Part shown: in pieces, positions 30,480 through 41,273 of the stretch | Position numbering within the stretch: position 1 is the stretch's first letter | Layout: the number at the start of each line of letters is the position of its first letter | Origin: an uncultured Gammaproteobacteria bacterium | GTDB lineage: Bacteria; Pseudomonadota; Gammaproteobacteria; CAWCPV01 | Direction of reading: 5' to 3' | Length of the DNA: 64,000 nt | Assembly (NCBI GenBank): GCA_963797555.1 | Contig: CAWCPV010000004.1 | Location: forward strand, 32,001 to 96,000 | Notes under the pieces: model-generated | The model's database searches: none | What the model was told of the DNA's origin: nothing | What the model saw: the letters and a program-made list of their open reading frames with translations, nothing else | Program-made: the position numbers and the translations under genes

Positions 30480-31817
30480 TCAGCGCATCCGGCTGTCTGC
30501 GGTGGTGTCGAGCCCGCTGCCTTTCTCTCCTTGGCTGCGGGGCTGCCGTCGCGGAGGAGGGGGGCCGGCGGCTGCGGGGGCTGCTCCCGTCGCAGGCGAC
30601 CTCGTCACCGTCGTCGGCAAAGCCGTGACGGTGTTGTCCTGGATGATGCGGGCGATCAGCACCCCGGCCCCCTTATCCTCATCCTGGTCGACGGTCGTTA
30701 CGTAGCCCTCTGGCGGCGTTGGATCGTCCCTCAGGGCAGCGCCCCGGCGGTCGTGGGTGTCCACGGTCGCCTCCATGGACAGGCCGATGCGCAGCGGGTG
30801 CCGGGCGATCTGTCCCGGGTCGAGCCCGATGCGCACCGGGACCCGCTGGACGACCTTGATCCAGTTGCCGGTGGCGTTCTGCGGCGGAAGCACTGCGAAT
30901 GCGCTGCCGGTACCGGCCCCGAGACCGAGCACGCGGCCCCGATACTCGACCAGCCCGCTGTAAAAGTCGGAGGCGAGGGTGACGGGCTGCCCGATCCTCA
31001 CGTTACGCATCTGCGATTCCTTGAAGTTCGCGTCGACCCAGATCTGATCGAGCGGAACGATGGCCATCAGCGGCGTACCGGGGCTGACGCGCTCGCCGAT
31101 CTGGACACTGCGCTTGTCCACGTAGCCCGTCACGGGGGCCGGGATGGTGGTCCGCTGCAAGGCGACGTACGCATCGCGCAGGTTGGCCGCCGCCAGCTTC
31201 ACGTCGGGATGGTCGGCGAGGTCGGTGTTCGCCACCGCCGTCCGAGTGGCCGCGAACTGACGCTCGGCCACGTCGAGGCCGGCTCGGTCGATGTCCACTT
31301 GTGTGGCGCGGTGCTGAAAGTCCTCGACGGTCACGTACTTCTTGGTGACCAGGTTCCTGTCCCGGCGATAGTCGATATTCGACTGCGCCAGCCTGGCCTG
31401 CTGCAGGGCCACGTTGGCCTCCTGTTGGGCCTCCGTCTGGTAGAGACTCTGCACCTGGCGCACCGTCTGAGCGAGCCGCGCCTCGGCCTCGTCCAGCGCG
31501 ATGCGCGCGTCGGTACTGTCCAACAGCACCACCGGCTGGCCCTCTTTCACCAGTTGGGTATTGTCCGCGCGAATGGCGATCACCGTGCCGTTCACCCGCG
31601 GCGTGAGGGGTACCACGTTGCCGGCCACGTAGGCGTCGTCGGTGCTCTCCTGGAACCGGCCGATGAAGGCCCAATACGCCCCGAACGCGGCGCCGCAGAG
31701 CAGAAATAGCAGGCTGAGCGCACCCAGGAGCCACTTTCGCTTGCCGTGCGGGGCGGCTGCGGCCTGGGGTGCGGGCTCGTCCCGCTTGGTCGTCCCGGTC
31801 CTGGTTTCGTCACCCAT
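30480..31817 (-). CDS. emrA: EmrA-type periplasmic adaptor
   Basis: STDDAYVAGN, WVDANFKESQ and LPPQNATGNWIKVVQRVPVRI motifs. Confidence 0.92.
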   Translation of the reverse strand: MGDETRTGTTKRDEPAPQAAAAPHGKRKWLLGALSLLFLLCGAAFGAYWAFIGRFQESTDDAYVAGNVVPLTPRVNGTVIAIRADNTQLVKEGQPVVLLDSTDARIALDEAEARLAQTVRQVQSLYQTEAQQEANVALQQARLAQSNIDYRRDRNLVTKKYVTVEDFQHRATQVDIDRAGLDVAERQFAATRTAVANTDLADHPDVKLAAANLRDAYVALQRTTIPAPVTGYVDKRSVQIGERVSPGTPLMAIVPLDQIWVDANFKESQMRNVRIGQPVTLASDFYSGLVEYRGRVLGLGAGTGSAFAVLPPQNATGNWIKVVQRVPVRIGLDPGQIARHPLRIGLSMEATVDTHDRRGAALRDDPTPPEGYVTTVDQDEDKGAGVLIARIIQDNTVTALPTTVTRSPATGAAPAAAGPPPPRRQPRSQGEKGSGLDTTADSRMR

Positions 31818-32226
31818 GGGTCTCGCGTCCTCCAAATAACCAACCCTTTCCGTCAAGAATAGCAGAAACAACGTCTGGGCCGCCGATCTGCGACCGCAGC
31901 CCATGACCGCTGCGCTGTTCGGCATCCGGGGTGGGTGGGTATGGATGCGCCGGCCGGGCATCGGGCGCGGTGGCCTTCCACCGGCGCAGAGAGTGTCGGC
32001 CTCAAGGAAGGTTGTGTATACCAGGGACGCCCGCGCCGAAGGCCCCCAAACCAGGCCCGCAGGCCCGAGAGGAGACTCCTCACCGGGCAACTTTCATGGT
32101 CGAGCATCGGTGGGCCCGCGAGTGCGAACTGGCTCCGGCAACCGCAGCCGTCCGGGCGCCCCCGGCCCCGGGGACGCGGAGCCCCCGGCATGGCGACGGC
32201 CGCAGAAGGCCGCGCCGCCGGCTGCC

Positions 32227-34164
32227 TCAGCTCGGCGCTGCCCTGATCCCGCGCGCCACCAACTCCCTCACCTTCGCCTGGATCGAGTCCGGGTCCAGAC
32301 CCTGGTGGTAGAACTGCTCCCACAGGCCGCCCGAGCCCTCCCTGTGGGCGCCGATGTGGTCGTACGCCGGCGCATGGCCGCGCTGCAGCAGCCATGTTCC
32401 AAACCGCGAGCCCAGTCCCGTGCGCCGGCTCAGTGACTCGACGACCAGCACGAACGGCGACGATCCGACCTTCGCCAGCGCTTCCTCATCGATCACGTTC
32501 AGCGTCACCTTGTTGATGAGACCGACGTCCAGCCCCTGTTGTTTCAGCCGCTCGACCGCATCGAGCGCCCGATACAGGGCGTCGCCGAAGGTGACGATGT
32601 AGCCGGCCGTGCCTTCGCGCACGATCTCGTCCTTGCCGGGCTGGAAGACGTACCCGTCGCCGTGCAGATCCCTGCCGTTGGCGTCGAGGATGTTCGGCGT
32701 CGTGGATCGGGTCGAAAATACGAACCGCAGCCCCGGGTCCTTGAACACCCGCCGGATGCAGGCGCTCATCTGGGCCGCGTCCGCGGGGAAATAGAGCCTG
32801 GTCTCGTAGCCGTCGTCCAGCCCGTTGTCGGCGAAGAAGTTGTTCAGGCCGAAGTGGCAGGTGTTGTCGGCCATGTCGTCGATGCCGGCGTGCGAAAAGT
32901 GGCACAGCACATTGGAGAAATTCAGTCGGGCCATGGTGATCTCGCTCACGCACATCTCGAGGAACGCGCTGAACGTGCCGAAGATGCCCTGCTTCCCCTG
33001 CTCGTAGCCGAATCCCGCCGCAGCGGAGAAGTTGCTGCGCTCCATGATGCCGCTGGAGACGAATATTTCCGGATGGGCCGTATGGATCTTGTTCAGCCCG
33101 GTGGAGCCCTCCAGGTCCGAGTCGATGCACATGACCGTGGCCCTGCGTGTTGCCTCGTCCATGCCGTCGAGCACCTGCGCCACCGCCGAGCCGAACACGT
33201 TGCGATTCGAGCCCCAATTGTCGCCCGAGCCGAGGAACCGGTAGCCGTGCTGCTCCTTCCGGATGGACTTGAGATAGGCGACCGCATCGCTGCGGCGCGA
33301 TCCCAGATACTGGATGGCCAGATCGACCTTGATCACGTCGTGCGCGTGCGGCGAGCCTTCGAGGCCCACGATGCCGACCGCCATCTTGCGCTTGACCACC
33401 ACGGCGACCGGGCCGTCGGTCACGGCCGCCTCGCGGAGTGCCGCGTACAGCGCGTCCAGGTCTTCGCCATCGCAGCGCAGGACCTTCAGGCCGTGCCCGG
33501 CGAGCGTCTTGCCCACATCGTAGCCGGGCAGGTACTTCGACGGGTGGCCGGCGATCGTCACGTCGTTGTCGTCGACGAGGATCTTGACGTTCAGCCCCTT
33601 CGCCACCGCGAGCCGCGCCGCCTCGGCGTCGTTGCCCTCTTGCTGCGAACCGTCGGAGCCGAGACAGAACACCGTTTTGCCTGGGTTCGCCATGGCCACG
33701 CCGTTGACGTAGGACCACATGTGCCCGAGGCGCCCCGACGAGAACTGGACGCCCGGCGTTAGCCCGCGCTCGGGATGACCTGGGAGGCGCGAGTGGGCCT
33801 CGCGGTAATGCACCAGCCGCTCAGGCTCCAGCTCGCCGTGCAGCGCCGCCATCAGGTACTGCGTCGCTACGCGGTGGCCGGCCTCGTCGAAGAAGATCGG
33901 CACGAACCTCTCCGGTGCCCCGCGGAAGAAGGCGTCCATGATCACCACCTCCGGCGCCGTGTCGTACGGCCCCCCGGTGTGTCCGCCCAGCCCCTTCGCG
34001 GCCGCCGTCGCCGTGAAGAAGACGATCGCATCGCGGCAGAGGGCGACGTTCGCTTTCAACGTCGCGCGCTGATGGTCGTCAAGGGTCTGCGTCAGCCAGG
34101 GGTTGACGGCGATCTTGCGGTACTCGCCCAGGTCGATCGGAAACGAGGTGGTCGCGGTGGTCAT
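32227..34164 (-). CDS. Atypical transketolase-family ThDP enzyme
   Basis: GGHTGG, LPGHPE, SGRLG, ThDP motif SDGSQQEG...DDN, and GIMER. Confidence 0.85.
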   Translation of the reverse strand: MTTATTSFPIDLGEYRKIAVNPWLTQTLDDHQRATLKANVALCRDAIVFFTATAAAKGLGGHTGGPYDTAPEVVIMDAFFRGAPERFVPIFFDEAGHRVATQYLMAALHGELEPERLVHYREAHSRLPGHPERGLTPGVQFSSGRLGHMWSYVNGVAMANPGKTVFCLGSDGSQQEGNDAEAARLAVAKGLNVKILVDDNDVTIAGHPSKYLPGYDVGKTLAGHGLKVLRCDGEDLDALYAALREAAVTDGPVAVVVKRKMAVGIVGLEGSPHAHDVIKVDLAIQYLGSRRSDAVAYLKSIRKEQHGYRFLGSGDNWGSNRNVFGSAVAQVLDGMDEATRRATVMCIDSDLEGSTGLNKIHTAHPEIFVSSGIMERSNFSAAAGFGYEQGKQGIFGTFSAFLEMCVSEITMARLNFSNVLCHFSHAGIDDMADNTCHFGLNNFFADNGLDDGYETRLYFPADAAQMSACIRRVFKDPGLRFVFSTRSTTPNILDANGRDLHGDGYVFQPGKDEIVREGTAGYIVTFGDALYRALDAVERLKQQGLDVGLINKVTLNVIDEEALAKVGSSPFVLVVESLSRRTGLGSRFGTWLLQRGHAPAYDHIGAHREGSGGLWEQFYHQGLDPDSIQAKVRELVARGIRAAPS

Positions 34165-34481
34165 CGCAGGTGGGCTCCTGTAGATGCGTTCGGATGGAAT
34201 AAGCGCGTGCGACAACTCTGCTGCGCGTCCCGATAGCGGCGTTGCGCGCTGTGCTCGGTGCGCCCGGCTCTCCGGGCCGCGTGCGAGCATATCATCACCA
34301 GCTCCGAGCACATCGCCGTGTCGCGGCGGCCATCGGATTATCGAGAAATGATGCCGCTTCCGCAACACGGCACGGCGGAGACGACGGTCACGCGGCCGCG
34401 GCGGCCATGCGGTGACTCCGGTGCGGCGTCGGTCCCTGGCGCCGGCTACCGCACCCCAGGGGTATAAGCCGCGGCAGGCGG

Positions 34482-36245
34482 CTAGAGATCGATGACCACG
34501 TCACTGCTCGGCGTGGAGCAGCACACGAGCACATTGCCATCGGCCGGCGCGTCGAGCGGTTCGGGGAGGTAGGCGACGGTGCCATCGACCAGGCCGCTCT
34601 CGCACCGATGGCACATCCCGGTGCGGCACGACCACCCGACCGGAACGTCGCATGCCTCGGCCAGCTCGAGCAGGCTGCCGAAGGATGCATCCCAGCGCAC
34701 CGTCAGCCCCGAGCGTGCGAACGCGACCTGCGGGCCGGTGCCGGTCATGCCCGGCGGCGCGTGCGGCGGGCGCAGAGGTTGCGCGACCATTTCGGGTCGA
34801 GTGATGGCCTCGGGGCCGAATACTTCTCTGCGAACACGCTCTGGCGGGACGTCCCATGCCGCGAGTCCCGCCGCCACGTCGCGCATGAACGCCTGAGGGC
34901 CGCACAGATAGAAATCAGACTCGCGCGGCAGCCCAAGCTGGCGCATCCGCTCCGCGCTCAGGTGGCCGACAGCGTCGTAGTCGCGTCCAGGGAGGTCCTG
35001 CTCACCAGGACGACTGTAAAACACGTAGCTGCGGGCGTTACCGAGCTGGGCGACCAGCGCTCTGACTTCCTCCGCGAACGCATGCTCTTCGCGGCAACGT
35101 GCACCATGGACCCACCAAACCTCGCGCGGGCTCTTCGCCGACGCCAGCCAGGCGAGCATCGCGAGGACAGGGGTCGCACCCACGCCCGCGCTCGCCAAGA
35201 CCACCGGCGAAGTCGCCGTCGGGTCGAGCGAGAACGCTCCCCGGGGCGCGCCGACGTCGAGCACGTCACCGGCTCTCGCCACGGTGTGCAGGTAGGTGCT
35301 CGCGAGTCCGTCGCGTTCAAGCTTGACGCTGATCCGGCAGTGGTCGGGATGGGGAGGTGTCGACACCGAGTAGCTGCGCAGCACCGCGCGATCGCGCCCG
35401 GGCAGCCGCAGGCGCACGATGAGGAACTGGCCCGCCGAGAAGTCGGGTATCGGCCGTCCGTCCGCGGGCACCAGCCGGTAAGAGGTGACAGTGCGACTCT
35501 CACGGCGAATCGAAGCGATCCGAAACGGCCGGAACCCGGACCATGCGGGCAGGGGCGCGGGCGAGGGCGCAAGGCCGCGGTTGCCTTCGCGCTTGCCCTC
35601 CCGTTCGGCCTGGTCGAGCAGCGCGGAGAACGAGCCTCGCCAGCCCTGCGACAGCGCCGGGATGGAGAGGGCAAGCGTCAGCCTGTCCGGCGCGTGGCCA
35701 GGCAGGTAGAGCAGGTTGCTGATCTCCTGCACGGTCATCCCGTGGGGACCGCGCGCCATCCGTTCGACTTCGTCGCCGGGACCGACTTCCCCCTCGCGGA
35801 GAACCCGCAGATAGTAGCCGGGCCGGCCGTGGGAGACGAATAGAGCCGGCATGCGCGGCTCGTTCATGCGAATGCCGAGCCGGTAGCAGGTCACGCGGGG
35901 CTGGGTCACCTCGAACGCGGCGCTGCCGATGCGAAACCGGTCACCGATGCAGACCTCGTCGTCGGGCATCCCCTCGACCGTGAAGTTCTCGCCGAACTGT
36001 CCGTATCCGAAGTCCGTTCGCCCCAGGAACTTCTCCCAATAACGATAGGACTCGATGCTGTAGACGCACACGGCGCGGTGCTCGCCACCGTGAGCCTTGA
36101 GGTCTCCCTGGCCGTCCCCGTCGATGTTGGCCTTCCGCACCCAGCGACGCCCATCGACCGGACGCTTCCAGATGCCCGTCCGGATGGTCTTCCCTTTCCA
36201 CTGGATGTCCTGGGGTCGCCCAACGTTCACCGACAGCAGGCGCAT
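34482..36245 (-). CDS. MOSC + FAD/NAD reductase + 2Fe-2S ferredoxin fusion protein
   Basis: FGENFT, QPRVTC, RSYS, AGVGATP, YLCGP and CRTGMCHRC...C motifs. Confidence 0.92.
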   Translation of the reverse strand: MRLLSVNVGRPQDIQWKGKTIRTGIWKRPVDGRRWVRKANIDGDGQGDLKAHGGEHRAVCVYSIESYRYWEKFLGRTDFGYGQFGENFTVEGMPDDEVCIGDRFRIGSAAFEVTQPRVTCYRLGIRMNEPRMPALFVSHGRPGYYLRVLREGEVGPGDEVERMARGPHGMTVQEISNLLYLPGHAPDRLTLALSIPALSQGWRGSFSALLDQAEREGKREGNRGLAPSPAPLPAWSGFRPFRIASIRRESRTVTSYRLVPADGRPIPDFSAGQFLIVRLRLPGRDRAVLRSYSVSTPPHPDHCRISVKLERDGLASTYLHTVARAGDVLDVGAPRGAFSLDPTATSPVVLASAGVGATPVLAMLAWLASAKSPREVWWVHGARCREEHAFAEEVRALVAQLGNARSYVFYSRPGEQDLPGRDYDAVGHLSAERMRQLGLPRESDFYLCGPQAFMRDVAAGLAAWDVPPERVRREVFGPEAITRPEMVAQPLRPPHAPPGMTGTGPQVAFARSGLTVRWDASFGSLLELAEACDVPVGWSCRTGMCHRCESGLVDGTVAYLPEPLDAPADGNVLVCCSTPSSDVVIDL

Positions 36246-36617
36246 CCCGTGGCCCTCCTTGCTGCTGCGCAAAACCGAGTGGGCCCGTGACTCCGCAACG
36301 GGCGCCTTGGTGCGGCGCGCCGCTCAGGGTGCGACCCTCGAAACGAGGTCAGGCGCGTGGACCCGCTCCGTTCAGGGTCGGAACACCCTCGATGGCCGGG
36401 CCAACTCGAGGGGAATCGATCTCTTCGCATCCGGCCGGCTCTCGTGCATCGGACCCCAGCCTGAACCAGCGGCGGCAGGATCGGAGAAGGGTCAGATGCA
36501 CCGCCGGGGGCCAGGAGGGCCTGATGTGGTCCTGGGCGAGGTGGGGTGTGGCCGGTTGCACATCGCGTGCTCATCGAATGTGAGCCTGCCGGGCCGATGG
36601 AGCGGGCGGGGCGGGTT

Positions 36618-36878
36618 TCATTCGAGGAAGATTTCGTCGACGTAGCACCAGCGCCAGTGCTCGCCCGGCTCGAAGGCTTCGATGATCGGATGCCGCGTCG
36701 CGTGAAAGTGTTTCGTGGCGTGCGTATTCTTGGACGAGTCGCAGCAGCCGACGTGGCCGCAAGTCTGGCAAAGGCGCAGCTCGACCCAGGTGTCGCCCAT
36801 CTCCACGCATTCCTTGCAGCCCGGGCCGCTGGGCGTAACTTCGCGAATCTCTTTGATGTGGTCGCAGAGCTGTTTCAT
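36618..36878 (-). CDS. UBP-type zinc-finger protein
   Basis: CDH...CKEC...LRLCQTCGHVGCCDSS...HATKH...WRWCYVD. Confidence 0.9.
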   Translation of the reverse strand: MKQLCDHIKEIREVTPSGPGCKECVEMGDTWVELRLCQTCGHVGCCDSSKNTHATKHFHATRHPIIEAFEPGEHWRWCYVDEIFLE

Positions 36879-36971
36879 GATGGTTCCCTCTGCGGCGGCA
36901 GCCCCATACACGGACCGCCGGGCTCGCACCGATGTCGCTGCCGGAACTCTTCGCCGTCTGCGGCCGAGAGC

Positions 36972-37923
36972 CTAGGCAGCCAGGATTTCTCGTTCGGCGA
37001 CCCGCAATACCAGCTTCCCGCGGGTATGGCCTTTCAGTCCGCGCTCGAAAGCCTCACGGGCGCGGTGCAAGGGCAGGAACGTCGGCCACGATCGGGCGGA
37101 GCTTGCCTGAATCGATGAGTCCGGCGATCTCCATCAATTGCGGCCGGCTCGGCTTCACGATGAAGAATACGCCGCGCACTCCGTGTGCGTCAGCCTTGTC
37201 CGCGGGTGGAGGAGCGGGAAGCGTGATCAGCACCCCGCCGCGTCGCAGGATCCCCCAGGAGCGCTCCAGGGTATCGCCTCCGATGGTGTCGAGGACGACA
37301 TCGAGGTCCTGGGTCTGGTCCTCGAAGCGCCCCGAGGTGTAATCGATGATCTCGTCGGCGCCGAGAGCCCGCAGGAACTGGAAGTTGCCGGGAGACGCCG
37401 TTGCGATCACCTGGGCCCCGCGCCATTTCCCCAACTGCACCGCGAAGGTCCCGACGCCGCCGGCTGCGCCATGGATCAGGACCCGCTGGCCGGCGCCCAG
37501 ATCGGCGTGTTCGAAGAATGCCTGCCACACCGTGAGCGCCGACAACGGGACGGCTGCGGCCTGGATGTGGTCCAGGGCCTGCGGCTTCGGCGCCAGGTCT
37601 GCTGCGCGGACCGCCACGTACTCCGCGGCGCTGCCGTCCCGGCAGAACTCGGTGAGTGCGTATACCGCGTCGCCAACCTCGACCTCCGTCACCCCGGCGG
37701 TGACCTGCTCGACCACCCCGGAGAGCTCGTGGCCCGGTATGGAAGGGATGCGCTCGGCGCCGTCGCAAGTCCGGTAGGTCTCTGCCCACGACAGCTCGGC
37801 TGGCGTGATGCTGCTCGCGTATACACGCACGAGGGCGTAGCCGGGCGGCGGGAGGGGCTTCGGCGCGTCCTCGTAGACGAGCTGCTCCGGGCCGCCCCGG
37901 CCGCGCAAACGTATGGCTTTCAT
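36972..37923 (-). CDS. NADP-dependent MDR/quinone oxidoreductase (frameshift near 37075)
   Basis: PGHELSG, AAAVPLSALT and HGAAGGVG motifs. The normal C-terminus GHTRGKLVL lies in the shifted frame. Confidence 0.88.
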
Positions 37924-38160
37924 GTCTTCAACTCCTGAGTCCGCGGCCGCAATTCGAACCGCTGCTGCGAGCCTGCCGCCTGGCCGAGAGCGGTGGGCGG
38001 AGTGCATAGCTCGTGCTGTCCCTGGCCTGTTCGGTACGCTCTGTTCAGAATGCGTGAAAAGGTCGCTGTAGCCCTCGCCGCTCTCTCACCATAGTATAAA
38101 GACACGTTCAATTGCAGCGCCGGACTCATCCGCCCCTCCGGCAGCTCTCAACCTCGCAGC

Positions 38161-38599
38161 CTACCGGATGGGTACTACGACTTGCTCCTCCTTCTTCGAG
38201 ATCACAAAGGCCAAGAGCTTGGCCGGCTCGGTCGCACTCGCATTCCGGGAGACCAAGTGGGGCTGCTTCGGGCTCTCATACCAGCTCTGCCCGGCGTGGT
38301 ACGTGGCCGGCGCCTGTCCCTTCAGTTGAGACCTCACCGACCCTTCCAGGACGTAGGCGAATACCGGGCCGGGGTGGTAATGGGACGGCGAGCGACCTCC
38401 AGGCGCGTACTCGACCAACGCCAGCGTCGCCTCCATGCCGGGCCCGTCGGGGAGATCACGCTGTAGCAGCACCCGTGACCTTTTCGCCTTGCGCCGGGTC
38501 GGCCTGGGCTGTCACGGCGCCCGGCACTGCGATCAGGCCGGTCATGAGCGCCAATACGAGCGTGCCGGCCTTCGGTGCGTGCATTTCAGTGGATTGCAT
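38161..38599 (-). CDS. Secreted cupin-domain protein (frameshift near 38470)
   Basis: VEYAPGGRSPSHYHPGPVFAYVLEG...AGQSWYE...H; the signal peptide is in the neighbouring frame. Confidence 0.8.
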
Positions 38600-38796
38600 A
38601 TCCGTTCCTCCTTGACTGGTGAGGCGACGCGCTCCGCAAGCTGTGACCACCAGCGCTCACCGACCGATCCAGGATACGCCGCACGGCCGCGCTGCTCGAG
38701 TGCCCGCGCAGCGACAGCGCTCCGATGCACGTCCGGCTCGTCGGCGCGCCCCGCTCCACGCCCCGTCTGCGGGAGTCACTACGCGGACAATGGGGG

Positions 38797-39810
38797 TTAT
38801 GGATAGCCCACGTCGCTACGTACCTTGCCGCGGAACACCCAGTAGGACCACCCCGTGTAGAGAAGAATAATCGGCAACAGGGGCAGTGTGCCCACCAACA
38901 GGAACGCTTGCGTGCTCGGGGAGGAGGCAGCCTCCCAGAGCGTGAAACGGAAGGGGACGATCATCGGCCACAGACTGATGAACAGGCCGAGATAGGCCAG
39001 CAGGAACAGTCCGACGGCGCCGATGAACGGCGCCGCTTCCGAATCGTTGTGGAGCGACCGCCAGACCCAGAGCGCCAGCAACAGCGTCAGGATCGGAACC
39101 GGCCATAGGAACGCCGGATTCGGCCAGGAGAACCAGCGTTGTGCGACAGAGGGGGAGAGAAATGGTGTCCAGACGCTGACGACACCGATAGCCGCGACCA
39201 CGCCCCAGAAGCACCGCCGTCCCATGCGGCGCGCCCACTGCTGCAGAGCCCCGTCGGTCTTGAGGATCAGCCAGCCTGCGCCGATCAACGCATAGCCGAA
39301 GAGCAGCGCGAGGCCAGTGAAGGCCGAAAAAGCGGTGAAGCAATCGAGCGAAGTTCCGCTGAAGTGCCGCCCGGCGGTCTGGAAACCCTGGACGAAGGCG
39401 CCGAGAACCGTGCCCTGGGCGAAGGTCGCAATCGCCGAGCCGGCGAAGAAACCGCGGTCCCAAAAAGTTGGGCGTTCGGCCTCCTTGGGGCGAAATTCGA
39501 ACGCCACGCCGCGAAAGACGAGCGCCAGCAGCATGACCAGGATCGGGAAATAGACCGCCGGGATGATGATGGCGAAGGCCAGCGGAAACGCGGCGAGCAG
39601 TCCGACCCCGCCCAGCACCAGCCAGGTCTCGTTGCCGTCCCAGATCGGGGCGATGGATCTCATCACCACGTCGCGTGAGGGCGCGTCGGGCGCAAAGCCG
39701 CAAAGGATGCCCACTCCGAGATCGAATCCGTCCAGCAGCACGTAAAAAAACACGCCCAGACCTAGAATGACGGTCCAAACGCCCACGAAATCCAGAACGG
39801 GTGGTGTCAT
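38797..39810 (-). CDS. cydB: Cytochrome bd oxidase subunit II
   Basis: LDGFDLGVG, PIWDGNETW, FRGVAFEFR and YWVFRGKV motifs. Confidence 0.95.
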   Translation of the reverse strand: MTPPVLDFVGVWTVILGLGVFFYVLLDGFDLGVGILCGFAPDAPSRDVVMRSIAPIWDGNETWLVLGGVGLLAAFPLAFAIIIPAVYFPILVMLLALVFRGVAFEFRPKEAERPTFWDRGFFAGSAIATFAQGTVLGAFVQGFQTAGRHFSGTSLDCFTAFSAFTGLALLFGYALIGAGWLILKTDGALQQWARRMGRRCFWGVVAAIGVVSVWTPFLSPSVAQRWFSWPNPAFLWPVPILTLLLALWVWRSLHNDSEAAPFIGAVGLFLLAYLGLFISLWPMIVPFRFTLWEAASSPSTQAFLLVGTLPLLPIILLYTGWSYWVFRGKVRSDVGYP

Positions 39811-41213
39811 GGTGCGTTCCTCTTGGGCTCGGCGGCGGGGGGCAGCGCATGCACCGGGGCTGCGGGCCGGCCGCTTCCCATCGGCGGCTTCTCGGCTACC
39901 GCTTCCGACGGTCCCTGACGCACGATGCGCGCCATCATCAGGAGACCGGTGGGATATACGACCAAGTAGACGAGCCCGTAACCCAGCAGAGACAGCAGGA
40001 CGTCGCTCCCGGTGAGGGACGGGGACACCGAATCCGCCGTGCGCAGCATCCCGTAAACCGTCCACGGTTGTCGGCCTACCTCGGTCGTCGTCCAGCCGGC
40101 GAGCACGGCGATGAAGCCGAGCGGCGCGGCGAACTCGCAGGTGCGCACGAACCACGCAGTCTCGAAGAGACGTCGCCGTGCCCGCAATACCCAGCTCGCG
40201 GCCACCAGGGCGAGCATCAGGATGCCTATCCCGACCATGATCCGGAACGCGAAGAACACGATGGCCACCGGCGGTCGCTCGTCGGGTCGCCATTCTTTGA
40301 GCCCGCGGACGGTGCCGTTCAGGCTATGGGTCAGGATCAAGCTGCCGAGGTACGGAATGTCGATGGCCAGCCTGTTGCGCTCCCTTTTTTGATCGGGGAT
40401 CGCGAAGAGTGTCAACGGCATCCCCGCCACGGTCTCCCAGCGCCCCTCGATGGCGGCCGCCTTGACGGGCTGATATTCGAGGGTATTGAGGCCGTGCTGA
40501 TCGCCAAGCAGCAGTTGCAGCGGCACGAGGACTGTCAGCAGCCACAGGGTCATGGACAGAGTCGTGCGGCCTTCTTGCACGAAGCGGCCGCGCCGGATCA
40601 TGTAGGCGGCTACGCCGAGCGCGACGAACCCGGCCGTTACGTAGAAGGCGGTGACGGTGTGCGCCAGCCGATAAGGAAACGACGGGCTGAATATGATGTG
40701 CAGCCAGGACTTGGGAAAGAAGCGACCGTCGATGACCTCGTAACCGGCCGGGGTCTGCATCCAGCTATTGACCGCAAGGATCCAGAACGAGGAGAACAGC
40801 GTACCGACCGCGACCATCAAGGCGGCGAGAAAATGTACCCAGCGGGGCACCAGTCTTCGTCCGAACAGCAGGACACCGAGAAAGGCCGCCTCGAGGAAGA
40901 ACGCCATGATGCCTTCGTAAGCCAGGAGCGGCCCGATCACGTTGGACGCGGCATCGGCGAAACGGCTCCAGTTGGTGCCAAACTGGAACGGCATCACGAC
41001 GCCGGATACGACACCCATGCCGAAAGACACCGCGAAAATCTTGATCCAGAAATCCGCCATCCGGAGATAGATTTCCTCTCCGGTTTTCAGGTACATGCCT
41101 TCGAGCACCGCGATATAGGAGGCGAGGCCCACGGTGAAGGCCGGCAACAGGATATGCCAGCCGATTACCCAAGCGAACTGCAGCCGCGACAGCAATACCG
41201 GGTCGAGATGCAC
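39807..41213 (-). CDS. cydA: Cytochrome bd oxidase subunit I (short Q-loop)
   Basis: SRLQFA...H, FQFGTNW, AFFLEA, NSWMQTP and EVGRQPW motifs. Confidence 0.95.
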   Translation of the reverse strand: MHLDPVLLSRLQFAWVIGWHILLPAFTVGLASYIAVLEGMYLKTGEEIYLRMADFWIKIFAVSFGMGVVSGVVMPFQFGTNWSRFADAASNVIGPLLAYEGIMAFFLEAAFLGVLLFGRRLVPRWVHFLAALMVAVGTLFSSFWILAVNSWMQTPAGYEVIDGRFFPKSWLHIIFSPSFPYRLAHTVTAFYVTAGFVALGVAAYMIRRGRFVQEGRTTLSMTLWLLTVLVPLQLLLGDQHGLNTLEYQPVKAAAIEGRWETVAGMPLTLFAIPDQKRERNRLAIDIPYLGSLILTHSLNGTVRGLKEWRPDERPPVAIVFFAFRIMVGIGILMLALVAASWVLRARRRLFETAWFVRTCEFAAPLGFIAVLAGWTTTEVGRQPWTVYGMLRTADSVSPSLTGSDVLLSLLGYGLVYLVVYPTGLLMMARIVRQGPSEAVAEKPPMGSGRPAAPVHALPPAAEPKRNAP

Positions 41214-41273
41214 TGGTTCCTCTATTCGTCCCTGCCGCTATGGCCCATTGGCCTGCGGCAGCGGCGCCTCGCG

